Shown: positions 10,301 to 24,700 of the stretch, one piece after another
Layout of the letters: the number at the start of each line of letters is the position of its first letter
Numbering within the stretch: position 1 is the stretch's first letter
Assembly (NCBI GenBank): GCA_965235115.1
Contig: OZ249436.1
Coordinates: 372,001 to 436,000 of the forward strand
Origin: Laetmonice hystrix
Lineage: Eukaryota
Length of the DNA stretch: 64,000 nucleotides
Direction of reading: 5' to 3'
Made by a program: the position numbers and the translations under genes
Notes under the pieces: generated by a model
Databases searched by the model: none
What the model was told of the DNA's origin: nothing
The model's input: the letters and a program-made list of their open reading frames with translations, nothing else

Positions 10301-12120
10301 TTGCCGTAAGAGTTTAGTTAACAAGTGCAAATGACGTTGTACGCCTTTTCTATATCAGATATCCCATCCCCAAGTAACAAAGAAAGAAAGAATACACAGA
10401 GATGTTGCAGGCAGAAAACACCAGGGTGCAGCGCAGTTCCACTGAAGCGCGACGGCGGCGCTGAATGCACTGCCGCCTTCCGGCCAGAGGTGGAATCACC
10501 ACGTACACCTGCCGGGCTGGCAGGCACCTGTGGCTCTTAGGCAGGAGACAGGTTAAAGCAATGATAAGCGAAAAATGGCTAAATTTTTGGTACGTCAGAT
10601 TGAAACTACGCACCCCAAAATTATTATTCTTTGGCCAGATGTATAACTCTCAAACGTATAGGTCTCGTACGTTCGCTACTGATATATGGTTGTGATGTGT
10701 ACACTTCTCATTTGAGTATCTTCTCCAGATTTTAACATTAGATGCTCCTCGCCTGGAACCTTTCATTGCCGCTACCTCACTGTAGTGTCTGCATGGCTAC
10801 TATACGCCAGCCGGTAAGATTTAGGGACTTCTCACTCTACTGGTTGTCCTCCCACACAACTTGCCCCACAGTGTACTATTTGGCCTCACTGTACACTTTG
10901 GACTCACTGTAGTGTTCGCTTGGATGCTAGGCCAGCCAGTAATACCTTGTAGGGATTCCTGCTTGTACTGTTTGGCCTCCCTGTACCGTTTGCTTGTATA
11001 CAAGAGTTGCCACTAGTATAGGGACGCCTCATGTTTCCTGTTTCCATGCCTTTATTGTCCAGGAGGCAGGCCATACGTTTCGTCTATCATCTACTTCCAT
11101 CTAATCTGTGTCCCCTACAGACCATCTGTAAGCGTCCGACAACGTTGTCAGGTCGTCCCAATGATTGTTTGCCGTAAAGGTTTAGTTAACAATGGCAAAT
11201 GACGTTGTACGCCTTTTCTATATCAGATATCCCATCCCCAAGTAACAAAGAAAGAAAGAAAGAAAGAAAGAAAGAATACACAGAGATGTTGCACGCAGAA
11301 AACACCAGGGTGCAGCGCAGCTCCACTGAAGCGCGACGGTGGCGCTGACTGCACTGCCGCCTTCCGTCCGGCGGTGGAATCACCACGTACACCTGCCGGG
11401 CTGGCAGGCACCTCTGGCTCTTAGGCGAGAGACAGGTTAAAGCAATGATAATCGAAAAATGGGGTAGTCAAATTGAAACTACGCACCCGAAAATTATTAT
11501 TCTTAGGCCAGATGTATAACTGTCAAGCGTATAGGTCTCGTACGTTCGCTACAGATATATGGTTGTGATGTGTACACTTCTCATTTGAGTATCTTCTCCA
11601 GATTTTAACATTAGATGCTCCTCGCCTGGAACCTTTCATTGCCGCTACCTCACTGTAGTGTCTGCATGGCTACTATAGGCCAGTCGGTAAGATTTAGGGA
11701 CTTCTCACTCTACTGGTTGTCCTCCCACACAACTTGCCCCACAGTGTACTATTTGGCCTCACTGTACACTTTGGCCTCACTGTAGTGTTCGCTTGGATGC
11801 TAGGCCAGCCAGTAATACCTTGTAGGGATTCCTGCCTGTACTGTTTGGCCTCCCTGTACCGTTTGCTTGTATGCAAGAGTTGCCAGTAGTATAGGGACGC
11901 CTCATGTTTCATGTTTCCATGCCTTTATTGTCCAGGAGGCAGGCCATACGTTTCGTCTATCATCTACTTCCATCTAATCTGTGTCCCCTACAGACCATCT
12001 GTAAGCGTCCGACAACGTTGTCAGGTCGTCCCAATGATTGTTTGCCGTAAAGGTTTAGTTAACAATGGCAAATGACGTTGTACGCCTTTTCTATATCAGA
12101 TATCCCATCCCCAAGTAACA

Positions 12121-12152
<32 letters not shown>

Positions 12153-12997
12153 ATACACAGAGATGTTGCACGCAGAAAACACCAGGGTGCAGCGCAGCTC
12201 CACTGAAGCGCGACGGTGGCGCTGACTGCACTGCCGCCTTCCGTCCGGCGGTGGAATCACCACGTACACCTGCCGGGCTGGCAGACACCTGTGGCTCTTA
12301 GGCGAGAGACAGGTTAAAGCAATGATAATCGAAAAATGGGGTAGTCAAATTGAAACTACGCACCCGAAAATTATTATTCTTAGGCCAGATGTATAACTGT
12401 CAAGCGTATAGGTCTCGTACGTTCGCTACAGATAAATGGTTGTGATGTGTACACTTCCCATTTGAGTATCTTCTCCAGATTTTAACATTAGATGCTCCTC
12501 GCCTGGAACCTTTCATTGCCGCTACCTCACTGTAGTGTCTGCATGGCTACTATAGGCCAGCCGGTAAGATTTAGGGACTTCTCACTCTACTGGTTGGCCT
12601 CCCACACAACTTGCCCCACAGTGTACTATTTGGCCTCACTGTACACTTTGGCCTCACTGTAGTGTTCGCTTGGATGCTAGGCCAGCCAGTAATACCTTGT
12701 AGGGATTCCTGCCTGTACTGTTTGGCCTCCCTGTACCGTTTGCTTGTATGCAAGAGTTGCCAGTAGTATAGGGACGCCTCATGTTTCATGTTTCCATGCC
12801 TTTATTGTCCAGGAGGCAGGCCATACGTTTCGTCTATCATCTACTTCCATCTAATCTGTGTCCCCTACAGACCATCTGTAAGCGTCCGACAACGTTGTCA
12901 GGTCGTCCCAATGATTGTTTGCCGTAAAGGTTTAGTTAACAATGGCAAATGACGTTGTACGCCTTTTCTATATCAGATATCCCATCCCCAAGTAACA

Positions 12998-13029
<32 letters not shown>

Positions 13030-15729
13030 ATACACAGAGATGTTGCACGCAGAAAACACCAGGGTGCAGCGCAGCTCCACTGAAGCGCGACGGTGGCGCT
13101 GACTGCACTGCCGCCTTCCGTCCGGCGGTGGAATCACCACGTACACCTGCCGGGCTGGCAGACACCTGTGGCTCTTAGGCGAGAGACAGGTTAAAGCAAT
13201 GATAATCGAAAAATGGGGTAGTCAAATTGAAACTACGCACCCGAAAATTATTATTCTTAGGCCAGATGTATAACTGTCAAGCGTATAGGTCTCGTACGTT
13301 CGCTACAGATAAATGGTTGTGATGTGTACACTTCCCATTTGAGTATCTTCTCCAGATTTTAACATTAGATGCTCCTCGCCTGGAACCTTTCATTGCCGCT
13401 ACCTCACTGTAGTGTCTGCATGGCTACTATAGGCCAGCCGGTAAGATTTAGGGACTTCTCACTCTACTGGTTGGCCTCCCACACAACTTGCCCCACAGTG
13501 TACTATTTGGCCTCACTGTACACTTTGGCCTCACTGTAGTGTTCGCTTGGATGCTAGGCCAGCCAGTAATACCTTGTAGGGATTCCTGCCTGTACTGTTT
13601 GGCCTCCCTGTACCGTTTGCTTGTATACAAGAGTAGCCAGTAGTATAGGGACGCCTCATGTTTCATGTTTCCATGCCTTTATTATCCAGGAGGCAGGCCA
13701 TACGTTTCGTCTATCATCTACTTCCATCTAATCTGTGTCCCCTACAGACCATCTGTAAGCGTCCGACAACGTTGTCAGGTCGTCCCAATGATCGTTTGCC
13801 GTAAAGGTTTAGTTAACAATGGCAAATGACGTTGTACGCCTTTTCTATATCAGATATCCTGTCCCCAAGTAACAAATAAAGAAAGAAAGAAAGAATACAC
13901 AGAAATGTTGCAGGCAGAAAACACCAGGGTGCAGCGCAGTTCCACTGAAGCGCGACGGCGGCGCTGCCTGCCCTGCCGCCTTCCGGCCAGCGGTGGAATC
14001 ACCACGTACACCTGCCGGGCTGGCAGGCACCTGTGGCTCTTAGGCGATAGACAGGTTAAAGCAATGATAAGCGAAAAATGGCTACATTTTTGGTACGTCA
14101 AATTGAAACTACGCACCCCAAAATTATTATTCTTTGGCCAGATGTATAACTGTCAAACGTATAGGTCTCGTACGTTCGCTACAGATATATGGTTGTGATG
14201 TGTACACTTCTCATTTGAGTATCTTCTCCAGATTTTAACATTAGATGCTCCTCGCCTGGAACCTTTCATTGCCGCTACCTCACTGTAGTGTCTGTATGGC
14301 TACTATAGGCCAGCCGGTAAGATTTAGGGACTTCTCACTCTACTGGTTGCCCTCCCACACAACTTGCCCCACAGTGTACTATTTGGCCTCACTGTACACT
14401 TTGGCCTCACTGTAGTGTTCGCTTGGATGCTAGGCCAGCCAGTAATACCTTGTAGGGATTCCTGCCTGTACTGTTTGGCCTCCCTATACCGTTTGCTTGT
14501 ATACAAGAGTTGCCAGTAGTATAGGGACGCCTCATGTTTCATGTTTCCATGCCTTTATTGTCCAGGAGGCAGGCCATACGTTTCGTCTATCATCTACTTC
14601 CATCTAATCTGTGTCCCCTACAGACCATCTGTAAGCGTCCGACAACGTTGTCAGGTCGTCCCAATGATTGTTTGCCGTATAGGTTTAGTTAACAATGGCA
14701 AATGACGTTGTACGCCTTTTCTATATCAGATATCCTGTCCCCAAGTAACAAATAAAGAAAGAAAGAAAGAATACACAGAAATGTTGCAGGCAGAAAACAC
14801 CAGGGTGCAGCGCAGTTCCACTGAAGCGCGACGGCGGCGCTGCCTGCACTGCCGCCTTCCGGCCAGCGGTGGAATCACCACGTACACCTGCCGGGCTGGC
14901 AGGCACCTGTGGCTCTTAGGCGATAGACAGGTTAAAGCAATGATAAGCGAAAAATGGCTACATTTTTGGTACGTCAAATTGAAACTACGCACCCCAAAAT
15001 TATTATTCTTTGGCCAGATGTATAACTGTCAAACGTATAGGTCTCGTACGTTCGCTACAGATATATGGTTGTGATGTGTACACTTCTCATTTGAGTATCT
15101 TCTCCAGATTTTAACATTAGATGCTCCTCGCCTGGAACCTTTCATTGCCGCTACCTCACTGTAGTGTCTGTATGGCTACTATAGGCCAGCCGGTAAGATT
15201 TAGGGACTTCTCACTCTACTGGTTGCCCTCCCACACAACTTGCCCCACAGTGTACTATTTGGCCTCACTGTACACTTTGGCCTCACTGTAGTGTTCGCTT
15301 GGATGCTAGGCCAGCCAGTAATACCTTGTAGGGATTCCTGCCTGTACTGTTTGGCCTCCCTATACCGTTTGCTTGTATACAAGAGTTGCCAGTAGTATAG
15401 GGACGCCTCATGTTTCATGTTTCCATGCCTTTATTGTCCAGGAGGCAGGCCATACGTTTCGTCTATCATCTACTTCCATCTAATCTGTGTCCCCTACAGA
15501 CCATCTGTAAGCGTCCGACAACGTTGTCAGGTCGTCCCAATGATTGTTTGCCGTATAGGTTTAGTTAACAATGGCAAATGACGTTGTACGCCTTTTCTAT
15601 ATCAGATATCCTATCCCCAAGTAACAAAGAAAGAAAGAAAGAAAGAAAAAATACACAGAGATGTTGCAGGCAGAAAACACCAGGGTGCAGCGCAGTTCCA
15701 CTGAAGCGCGACGGCGGCGCTGCCTGCAC

Positions 15730-18700
15730 TGCCGCCTTCCGGCCAGCGGTGGAATCACCACGTACACCTGCCGGGCTGGCAGGCACCTGTGGCTCTTAGG
15801 CGATAGACAGGTTAAAGCAATGATAAGCGAAAAATGGCTACATTTTTGGTACGTCAAACTGAAACTACGCACCCCAAAATTATTATTCTTTGGACAGATG
15901 TATAACTGTCAAACGTATAGGTCTCGTACGTTCGCTACAGATATATGGTTGTGATGTGTACACTTCTCATTTAAGTATCTTCTCCAGATTTTAACATTAG
16001 ATGCTCCTCGCCTGGAACCTTTCATTGCCGCTACCTCACTGTAGCATCTGCATGGCTACTATACGCCAGCCGGTAAAATTTAGGGACTTCTCACTCTACT
16101 GGTTGTCCTCCCACACAACTTGCCCCACAGTGTACTATTTGGCCTCACTGTACACTTTGGCCTCACTGTAGTGTTCGCTTGGATTCTAGGCCAGCCAGTA
16201 ATACCTTGTAGGGATTCCTGCCTGTACTGTTTGGCCTCCCTATACCGTTTGCTTGTATACAAGAGTTGCCAGTAGTATATGGACGCCTCATGTTTCATGT
16301 TTCCATGCCTTTATTGTCCAGGAGGCAGGCCATACGTTTCGTCTATCATCTACTTCCATCTAATCTGTGTCCCCTACAGACCATCTGTAAGCGTCCGACA
16401 ACGTTGTCAGGTCGTCCCAATGATTGTTTGCCGTAAAGGTTTAGTTAACAATGGCAAATGACGTTGTACGCCTTTTCTATATCAGATATCCCATCCCCAA
16501 GTAACAAAGAAAGAAAGAAAGAAAGAAAGAAAGAATACACAGAGATGTTGCACGCAGAAAACACCAGGGTGCAGCGCAGCTCCACTGAAGCGCGACGGTG
16601 GCGCTGACTGCACTGCCGCCTTCCGTCCGGCGGTGGAATCACCACGTACACCTGCCGGGCTGGCAGGCACCTCTGGCTCTTAGGCGAGAGACAGGTTAAA
16701 GCAATGATAATCGAAAAATGGGGTAGTCAAATTGAAACTACGCACCCGAAAATTATTATTCTTAGGCCAGATGTATAACTGTCAAGCGTATAGGTCTCGT
16801 ACGTTCGCTACAGATAAATGGTTGTGATGTGTACACTTCCCATTTGAGTATCTTCTCCAGATTTTAACATTAGATGCTCCTCGCCTGGAACCTTTCATTG
16901 CCGCTACCTCACTGTAGTGTCTGCATGGCTACTATAGGCCAGCCGGTAAGATTTAGGGACTTCTCACTCTACTGGTTGGCCTCCCACACAACTTGCCCCA
17001 CAGTGTACTGTTTGGCCTCACTGTACACTTTGGCCTCACTGTAGTGTTCGCTTGGATGCTAGGCCAGCCAGTAATACCTTGTAGGGATTCCTGCCTGTAC
17101 TGTTTGGCCTCCCTGTACCATTTGCTTGTATGCAAGAGTTGCCAGTAGTATAGGGACGCCTCATGTTTCATGTTTCCATGCCTTTATTGTCCAGGAGGCA
17201 GGCCATACGTTTCGTCTATCATCTACTTCCATCTAATCTGTGTCCCCTACAGACCATCTGTAAGCGTCCGACAACGTTGTCAGGTCGTCCCAATGATTGT
17301 TTGCCGTAAAGGTTTAGTTAACAATGGCAAATGACGTTGTACGCCTTTTCTATATCAGATATCTCATCCCCAAGTACCAAAGAAAGAAAGAAAGAAAGAA
17401 AGAATACACAGAGATGTTGCACGCAGAAAACACCAGGGTGCAGCGCAGCTCCACTGAAGCGTGACGGCGGCGCTGACTGCACTGCCGCCTTCCGTCCGGC
17501 GTTGGAATCACCACGTACACCTGCCGGGCTGGCAGGCACCTGTGGCTCTTAGGCGAGAGACAGGTTAAAGCAACGATAAGCGAAAAATGGGGTAGTCAAA
17601 TTGAAACTACGCACCCCAAAATTATTATTCTTAGGCCAGATGTATAACTGTCAAGCGCATAGGTCTCGTACGTTCGCTACAGATATATGGTTGTGATGTG
17701 TACAATTCCCATTTGAGTCTCTTCTCCAGATTTTAACATTAGATGCTCCTCGCCAGTACCTTTCATTTCCACTACCTCAATGTAGTGTCTGCATGGCTAC
17801 TATAGGCCAGCCGGTAAGATTTAGGGACTTCTCACTCTACTGGTGGCCTCCCACACTACTTGCCCTACAGTGTACTGTTTGGCCTAACTGTACACTTTGG
17901 CCTCACTGTAGTGTTCGCTTGGGTGCTAGGCCAGACAGTATACCTTGTAGGGATTCATGCCTGTACTGTTTGGCCTCCCTGTACCGTTTGCTTGTATACA
18001 AGAGTAGCCAGTAGTATAGGGACGCCTCATGTTTCATGTTTCCATGCCTTTATTATCCAGGAGGCAGGCCATACGTTTCGTCTATCATCTACTCCCATCT
18101 AATCTGTGTCCCCTACAGACCATCTGTAAGCGTCCGACAACGTTGTCAGGTCGTCCCAATGACTGTTTGCCGTAAGAGTTTAGTTAACAAGTGCAAATGA
18201 CGTTGTACGCCTTTTCTATATCAGATATCCCATCCCCAAGTAACAAAGAAAGAAAGAATACACAGAGATGTTGCAGGCAGAAAACACCAGGGTGCAGCGC
18301 AGTTCCACTGAAGCGCGACGGCGGCGCTGAATGCACTGCCGCCTTCCGGCCAGAGGTGGAATCACCACGTACACCTGCCGGGCTGGCAGGCACCTGTGGC
18401 TCTTAGGCAGGAGACAGGTTAAAGCAATGATAAGCGAAAAATGGCTACATTTTTGGTACGTCAGATTGAAACTAGGCACCCCAAAATTATTATTCTTTGG
18501 CCAGATGTATAACTCTCAAACGTATAGGTCTCGTACGTTCGCTACTGATATATGGTTGTGATGTGTACACTTCTCATTTGAGTATCTTCTCCAGATTTTA
18601 ACATTAGATGCTCCTCGCCTGGAACCTTTCATTGCCGCTACCTCACTGTAGTGTCTGCATGGCTACTATAGGCCAGCCGGTAAGATTTAGGGACTTCTCA

Positions 18701-21700
18701 CTCTACTGGTTTGCCTCCCACACAACTTGCCCCACAGTGTACTATTTGGCCTCACTGTACACTTTGGACTCACTGTAGTGTTCGCTTGGATGCTAGGCCA
18801 GCCAGTAATACCTTGTAGGGATTCCTGCTTGTACTGTTTGGCCTCCCTGTACCGTTTGCTTGTATACAAGAGTTGCCACTAGTATAGGGACGCCTCATGT
18901 TTCCTGTTTCCATGCCTTTATTGTCCAGGAGGCAGGCCATACGTTTCGTCTATCATCTACTTCCATCTAATCTGTGTCCCCTACAGACCATCTGTAAGCG
19001 TCCGACAACGTTGTCAGGTCGTCCCAATGATTGTTTGCCGTAAAGGTTTAGTTAACAATGGCAAATGACGTTGTACGCCTTTTCTATATCAGATATCCCA
19101 TCCCCAAGTAACAAAGAAAGAAAGAAAGAAAGAAAGAAAGAATACACAGAGATGTTGCACGCAGAAAACACCAGGGTGCAGCGCAGCTCCACTGAAGCGC
19201 GACGGTGGCGCTGACTGCACTGCCGCCTTCCGTCCGGCGGTGGAATCACCACGTACACCTGCCGGGCTGGCAGGCACCTCTGGCTCTTAGGCGAGAGACA
19301 GGTTAAAGCAATGATAATCGAAAAATGGGGTAGTCAAATTGAAACTACGCACCCGAAAATTATTATTCTTAGGCCAGATGTATAACTGTCAAGCGTATAG
19401 GTCTCGTACGTTCGCTACAGATATATGGTTGTGATGTGTACACTTCTCATTTGAGTATCTTCTCCAGATTTTAACATTAGATGCTCCTCGCCTGGAACCT
19501 TTCATTGCCGCTACCTCACTGTAGTGTCTGCATGGCTACTATAGGCCAGTCGGTAAGATTTAGGGACTTCTCACTCTACTGGTTGTCCTCCCACACAACT
19601 TGCCCCACAGTGTACTATTTGGCCTCACTGTACACTTTGGCCTCACTGTAGTGTTCGCTTGGATGCTAGGCCAGCCAGTAATACCTTGTAGGGATTCCTG
19701 CCTGTACTGTTTGGCCTCCCTGTACCGTTTGCTTGTATGCAAGAGTTGCCAGTAGTATAGGGACGCCTCACGTTTTATGTTTCCATGCCTTTATTGTCCA
19801 GGAGGCAGGCCATACGTTCCGTCTATCATCTACTTCCATCTAATCTGTGTCCCCTACAGACCATCTGTAAGCGTCCGACAACGTTGTCAGGTCGTCCCAA
19901 TGATTGTTTGCCGTAAAGGTTTAGTTAACAATGGCAAATGACGTTGTACGCCTCTTCTATATCAGATATCTCATCCCCAAGTACCAAAGAAAGAAAGAAA
20001 GAAAGAATACACAGAGATGTTGCAGGCAGAAAACACCAGGGTGCAGCGCAGCTCCACTGAAGCATGACGGCGGCGCTGACTGCACTGCCGCCTTCCGTCC
20101 GGCGGTGGAATCACCACGTACACCTGCCGGGCTGGCAGGCACCTGTGGCTCTTAGGCGAGAGACAGGTTAAAGCAATGATAAGCGAAAAAGGGGGTAGTC
20201 AAATTGAAACTACGCACCCGAAAATTATTATTCTTAGGCCAGATGTATAACTGTCAAGCGTATAGGTCTCGTACGTTCGCTACAGATATATGGTTGTGAT
20301 TTGTACACTTCCCATTTGAGTATCTTCTCCAGATTTTAACATTAGATGCTCCTCGCCTGGAACCTTTCATTGCCGCTACCTCACTGTAGTGTCTGCATGG
20401 CTACAATAGGCCATCCGGTAAGATTTAGGGACTTCTCACTCTGCTGGTTGGCCTCCCACACAACTTGCCCCACAGTGTACTGTTTGGCCTCACTGTACAC
20501 TTTGGACTCACTGTAGTGTTCGCTTGGATGCTAGGCCAGCCAGTAATACCTTGTAGGGATTCCTGCCTGTACTGTTTGGCCTCCCTGTACCGTTTGCTTG
20601 TATACAAGAGTTGCCAGTAGTATAGGGACGCCTCATGTTTCATGTTTCCATGCCTTTATTGTCCAGGAGGCAGGCCATACGTTTCGTCTATCATCTACTT
20701 CCATCTAATCTGTGTCCCCTACAGACCATCTGTAAGCGTCCGACAACGTTGTCAGGTCGTCCCAATGATTGTTTGCCGTAAAGGTTTAGTTATCAAGGGC
20801 AAATGACGTTGTACGCCTTTTCTATATCAGATATCCTATCCCCAAGTAACAAAGAAAGAAAGAAAGAAAGAAAGAATACACAGAGATGTTGCAGGCAGAA
20901 AACACCAGGGTGCAGCGCAGTTCCACTGAAGCGCGACGGCGGCGCTGCCTGCACTGCCGCCTTTCGGCCAGCGGTGGAATCACCACGTACACCTGCCGGG
21001 CTGGCAGGCACCTGTGGCTCTTAGGCGATAGACAGGTTAAAGCAATGATAAGCGAAAAATGGCTACATTTTTGGTACGTCAATTTGAAACTAGGCACCCC
21101 AAAATTATTATTCTTTGGCCAGATGTATAACTGTCAAACGTATAGGTCTCGTACGTTCGCTACAGATATATGGTTGTGATGTGTATACTTCTCATTTGAG
21201 TATCTTCTCCAGATTTTAACATTAGATGCTCCTGGCCTGGAACCTTTCATTGCCGCTACCTCACTGTAGTGTCTGCATGGCTACTATAGGCCAGCCGGTA
21301 AGATTTAGGGACTTCTCACTCTACTGGTTTGCCTCCCAGACAACTTGCCCCACTGTACTGTTTGGCCTCACTGTACACTTTGGCCTCACTGTAGTGTTCG
21401 CTTGGATGCTAGGCCAGCCAGTAATACCTTGTAGGGATTCCTGCCTGTACTGTTTGGCCTCCCTGTACCGTTTGCTTGTATGCAAGAGTTGCCAGTAGTA
21501 TAGGGACGCCTCATGTTTCATGTTTCCATGCCTTTATTGTCCAGGAGGCAGGCCATACGTTTCGTCTATCATCTACTTCCATCTAATCTGTGTCCCCTAC
21601 AGACCATCTGTAAGCGTCCGACAACGTTGTCAGGTCTTCCCAATGATTGTTTGCCGTAAAGGTTTAGTTAACAATGGCAAATGACGTTGTACGCCATTTG

Positions 21701-24700
21701 TATATCAGATATCCTATCCCCAAGTAACAAAGAAAGAAAGAAAGAAAGAATACACAGAGATGTTGCACGCAGAAAACACCAGGGTGCAGCGCAGCTCCAC
21801 TGAAGCGCGACGGCGGCGCTGACTGCACTGCCGCCTTCCGTCCGGCGGTGGAATCACCACGTACACCTGCCGGGCTGGCCGGCACCTGTGGCTCTTAGGC
21901 GAGAGACAGGTTAAAGCAATGATAAGCGAAAAATGGGGTAGTCAAATTGAAACTACGCACCCGAAAATTATTATTCTTAGGCCAGATGTATAACTGTCAA
22001 ACGTATAGGTCTCGTACGTTCGCTACAGATATATGGTTGTGATGTGTACACTTCCCATTTGAGTATCTTCTCCAGATTTTAACATTAGATGCTCCTCGCC
22101 TGGAACCTTTCATTGCCGCTACCTCACTGTAGTGTCTGCATGGCTACTATAGGCCAGCCGGTAAGATTTAGGGACTTCTCACTCTACTGGTTGGCCTCTC
22201 AGACAACTTGCCCCACAGTGTACTGTTTGGCCTCACTGTACACTGTGGCCTCACTTGTGTTTTCGCTTGGATGCTAGGCCAGTCAGTAATACCTTGTAGG
22301 GATTCCTGCCTGTACTGTTTGGCCTCCCTGTACCGTTTGCTTGTATGCAAGAGTTGCCAGTAGTATAGGGACGCCTCATGTTTCATGTTTCCATGCCTTT
22401 ATTGTCCAGGAGGCAGGCCATACGTTTCGTCTATCATCTACTTCCATCTAATCTGTGTCCCCTACAGACCATCTGTAAGCGTCCGACAGCGTTGTCAGGT
22501 CGTCCCAATGATTGTTTGCCGTAAAGGTTTAGTTAACAATGGCAAATGACGTTGTACGCCTTTTCTATATCAGATATCTCATCCCCAAGTACCAAAGAAA
22601 GAAAGAAAGAAAGAATACACAGAGATGTTGCACGCAGAAAACACCAGGGTGCAGCGCAGCTCCACTTAAGCGCGACGGCGGCGCTGACTGCACTGCCGCC
22701 TTCCGTCCGGCGGTGGAATCACCACGTACACCTGCCGGGCTGGCAGGCACCTGTGGCTCTTAGGCGAGAGACAGGTTAAAGCAATGATAAGCGAAAAATG
22801 GGGTAGTCAAATTGAAACTACGCACCCGAAAATTATTATTCTTAGGCCAGATGTATAACTGTCAAGCGTATAGGTCTCGTACGTTCGCTACAGATATATG
22901 ATTGTGATTTGTACATTTCCCATTTGAGTATCTTCTCCAGATTTTAACATTAGATGCTCCTGGCCTGGAACCTTTCATTGCCGCTACCTCACTGTAGTGT
23001 CTGCATGGCTACAATAGGCCATCCGGTAAGATTTAGGGACTTCTCACTCTGCTGGTTGGCCTTCCACACAACTTGCCCCACAGTGTACTGTTTGGCCTCA
23101 CTGTACACTTTGGACTCACTGTAGTGTTCGCTTGGATGCTAGGCCAGCCAGTAATACCTTGTAGGGATTCCTGCCTGTACTGTTTGGCCTCCCTGTACCG
23201 TTTGCTTGTATACAAGAGTTGCCAGTAGTATAGGGACGCCTCATGTTTCATGTTTCCATGCCTTTATTGTCCAGGAGGCAGGCCATACGTTTCGTCTATC
23301 ATCTACTTCCATCTAATCTGTGTACCCTACAGACCATCTGTAAGCGTCCGACAACGTTGTCAGGTCGTCCCAATGATTGTTTGCCGTAAAGGTTTAGTTA
23401 ACAATGGCAAATGACGTTGTACGCCTTTTCTATATCAGATATCCCATCCCCAAGTAACAAAGAAAGAAAGAAAGAAAGAAAGAAAGAATACACAGAGATG
23501 TTGCACGCAGAAAACACCAGGGTGCAGCGCAGCTCCACTGAAGCGCGACGGTGGCGCTGACTGCACTGCCGCCTTCCGTCCGGCGGTGGAATCACCACGT
23601 ACACCTGCCGGGCTGGCAGGCACCTCTGGCTCTTAGGCGAGAGACAGGTTAAAGCAATGATAATCGAAAAATGGGGTAGTCAAATTGAAACTACGCACCC
23701 GAAAATTATTATTCTTAGGCCAGATGTATAACTGTCAAGCGTATAGGTCTCGTACGTTCGCTACAGATAAATGGTTGTGATGTGTACACTTCCCATTTGA
23801 GTATCTTCTCCAGATTTTAACATTAGATGCTCCTCGCCTGGAACCTTTCATTGCCGCTACCTCACTGTAGTGTCTGCATGGCTACAATAGGCCATCCGGT
23901 AAGATTTAGGGACTTCTCACTCTGCTGGTTGGCCTCCCACACAACTTGCCCCACAGTGTACTGTTTGGCCTCACTGTACACTTTGGCCTCACTGTAGTGT
24001 TCGCTTGGATGCTAGACCAGCCAGTAATACCTTGTAGGGATTCCTGCCTGTACTGTTTGGCCTCCCTGTACCGTTTGCTTGTATACAAGAGTAGCCAGTA
24101 GTATAGGGACGCCTCATGTTTCATGTTTCCATGCCTTTATTATCCAGGAGGCAGGCCATACGTTTCGTCTATCATCTACTCCCATCTAATCTGTGTCCCC
24201 TACAGACCATCTGTAAGCGTCCGACAACGTTGTCAGGTCGTCCCAATGACTGTTTGCCGTAAGAGTTTAGTTAACAAGTGCAAATGACGTTGTACGCCTT
24301 TTCTATATCAGATATCCCATCCCCAAGTAACAAAGAAAGAAAGAATACACAGAGATGTTGCAGGCAGAAAACACCAGGGTGCAGCGCAGTTCCACTGAAG
24401 CGCGACGGCGGCGCTGAATGCACTGCCGCCTTCCGGCCAGCGGTGGAATCACCACGTACACCTGCCGGGCTGGCAGGCACCTGTGGCTCTTAGGCGATAG
24501 ACAGGTTAAAGCAATGATAAGCGAAAAATGGCTACATTTTTGGTACGTCAAACTGAAACTACGCACCCCAAAATTATTATTCTTTGGACAGATGTATAAC
24601 TGTCAAACGTATAGGTCTCGTACGTTCGCTACAGATATATGGTTGTGATGTGTACACTTCTCATTTAAGTATCTTCTCCAGATTTTAACATTAGATGCTC

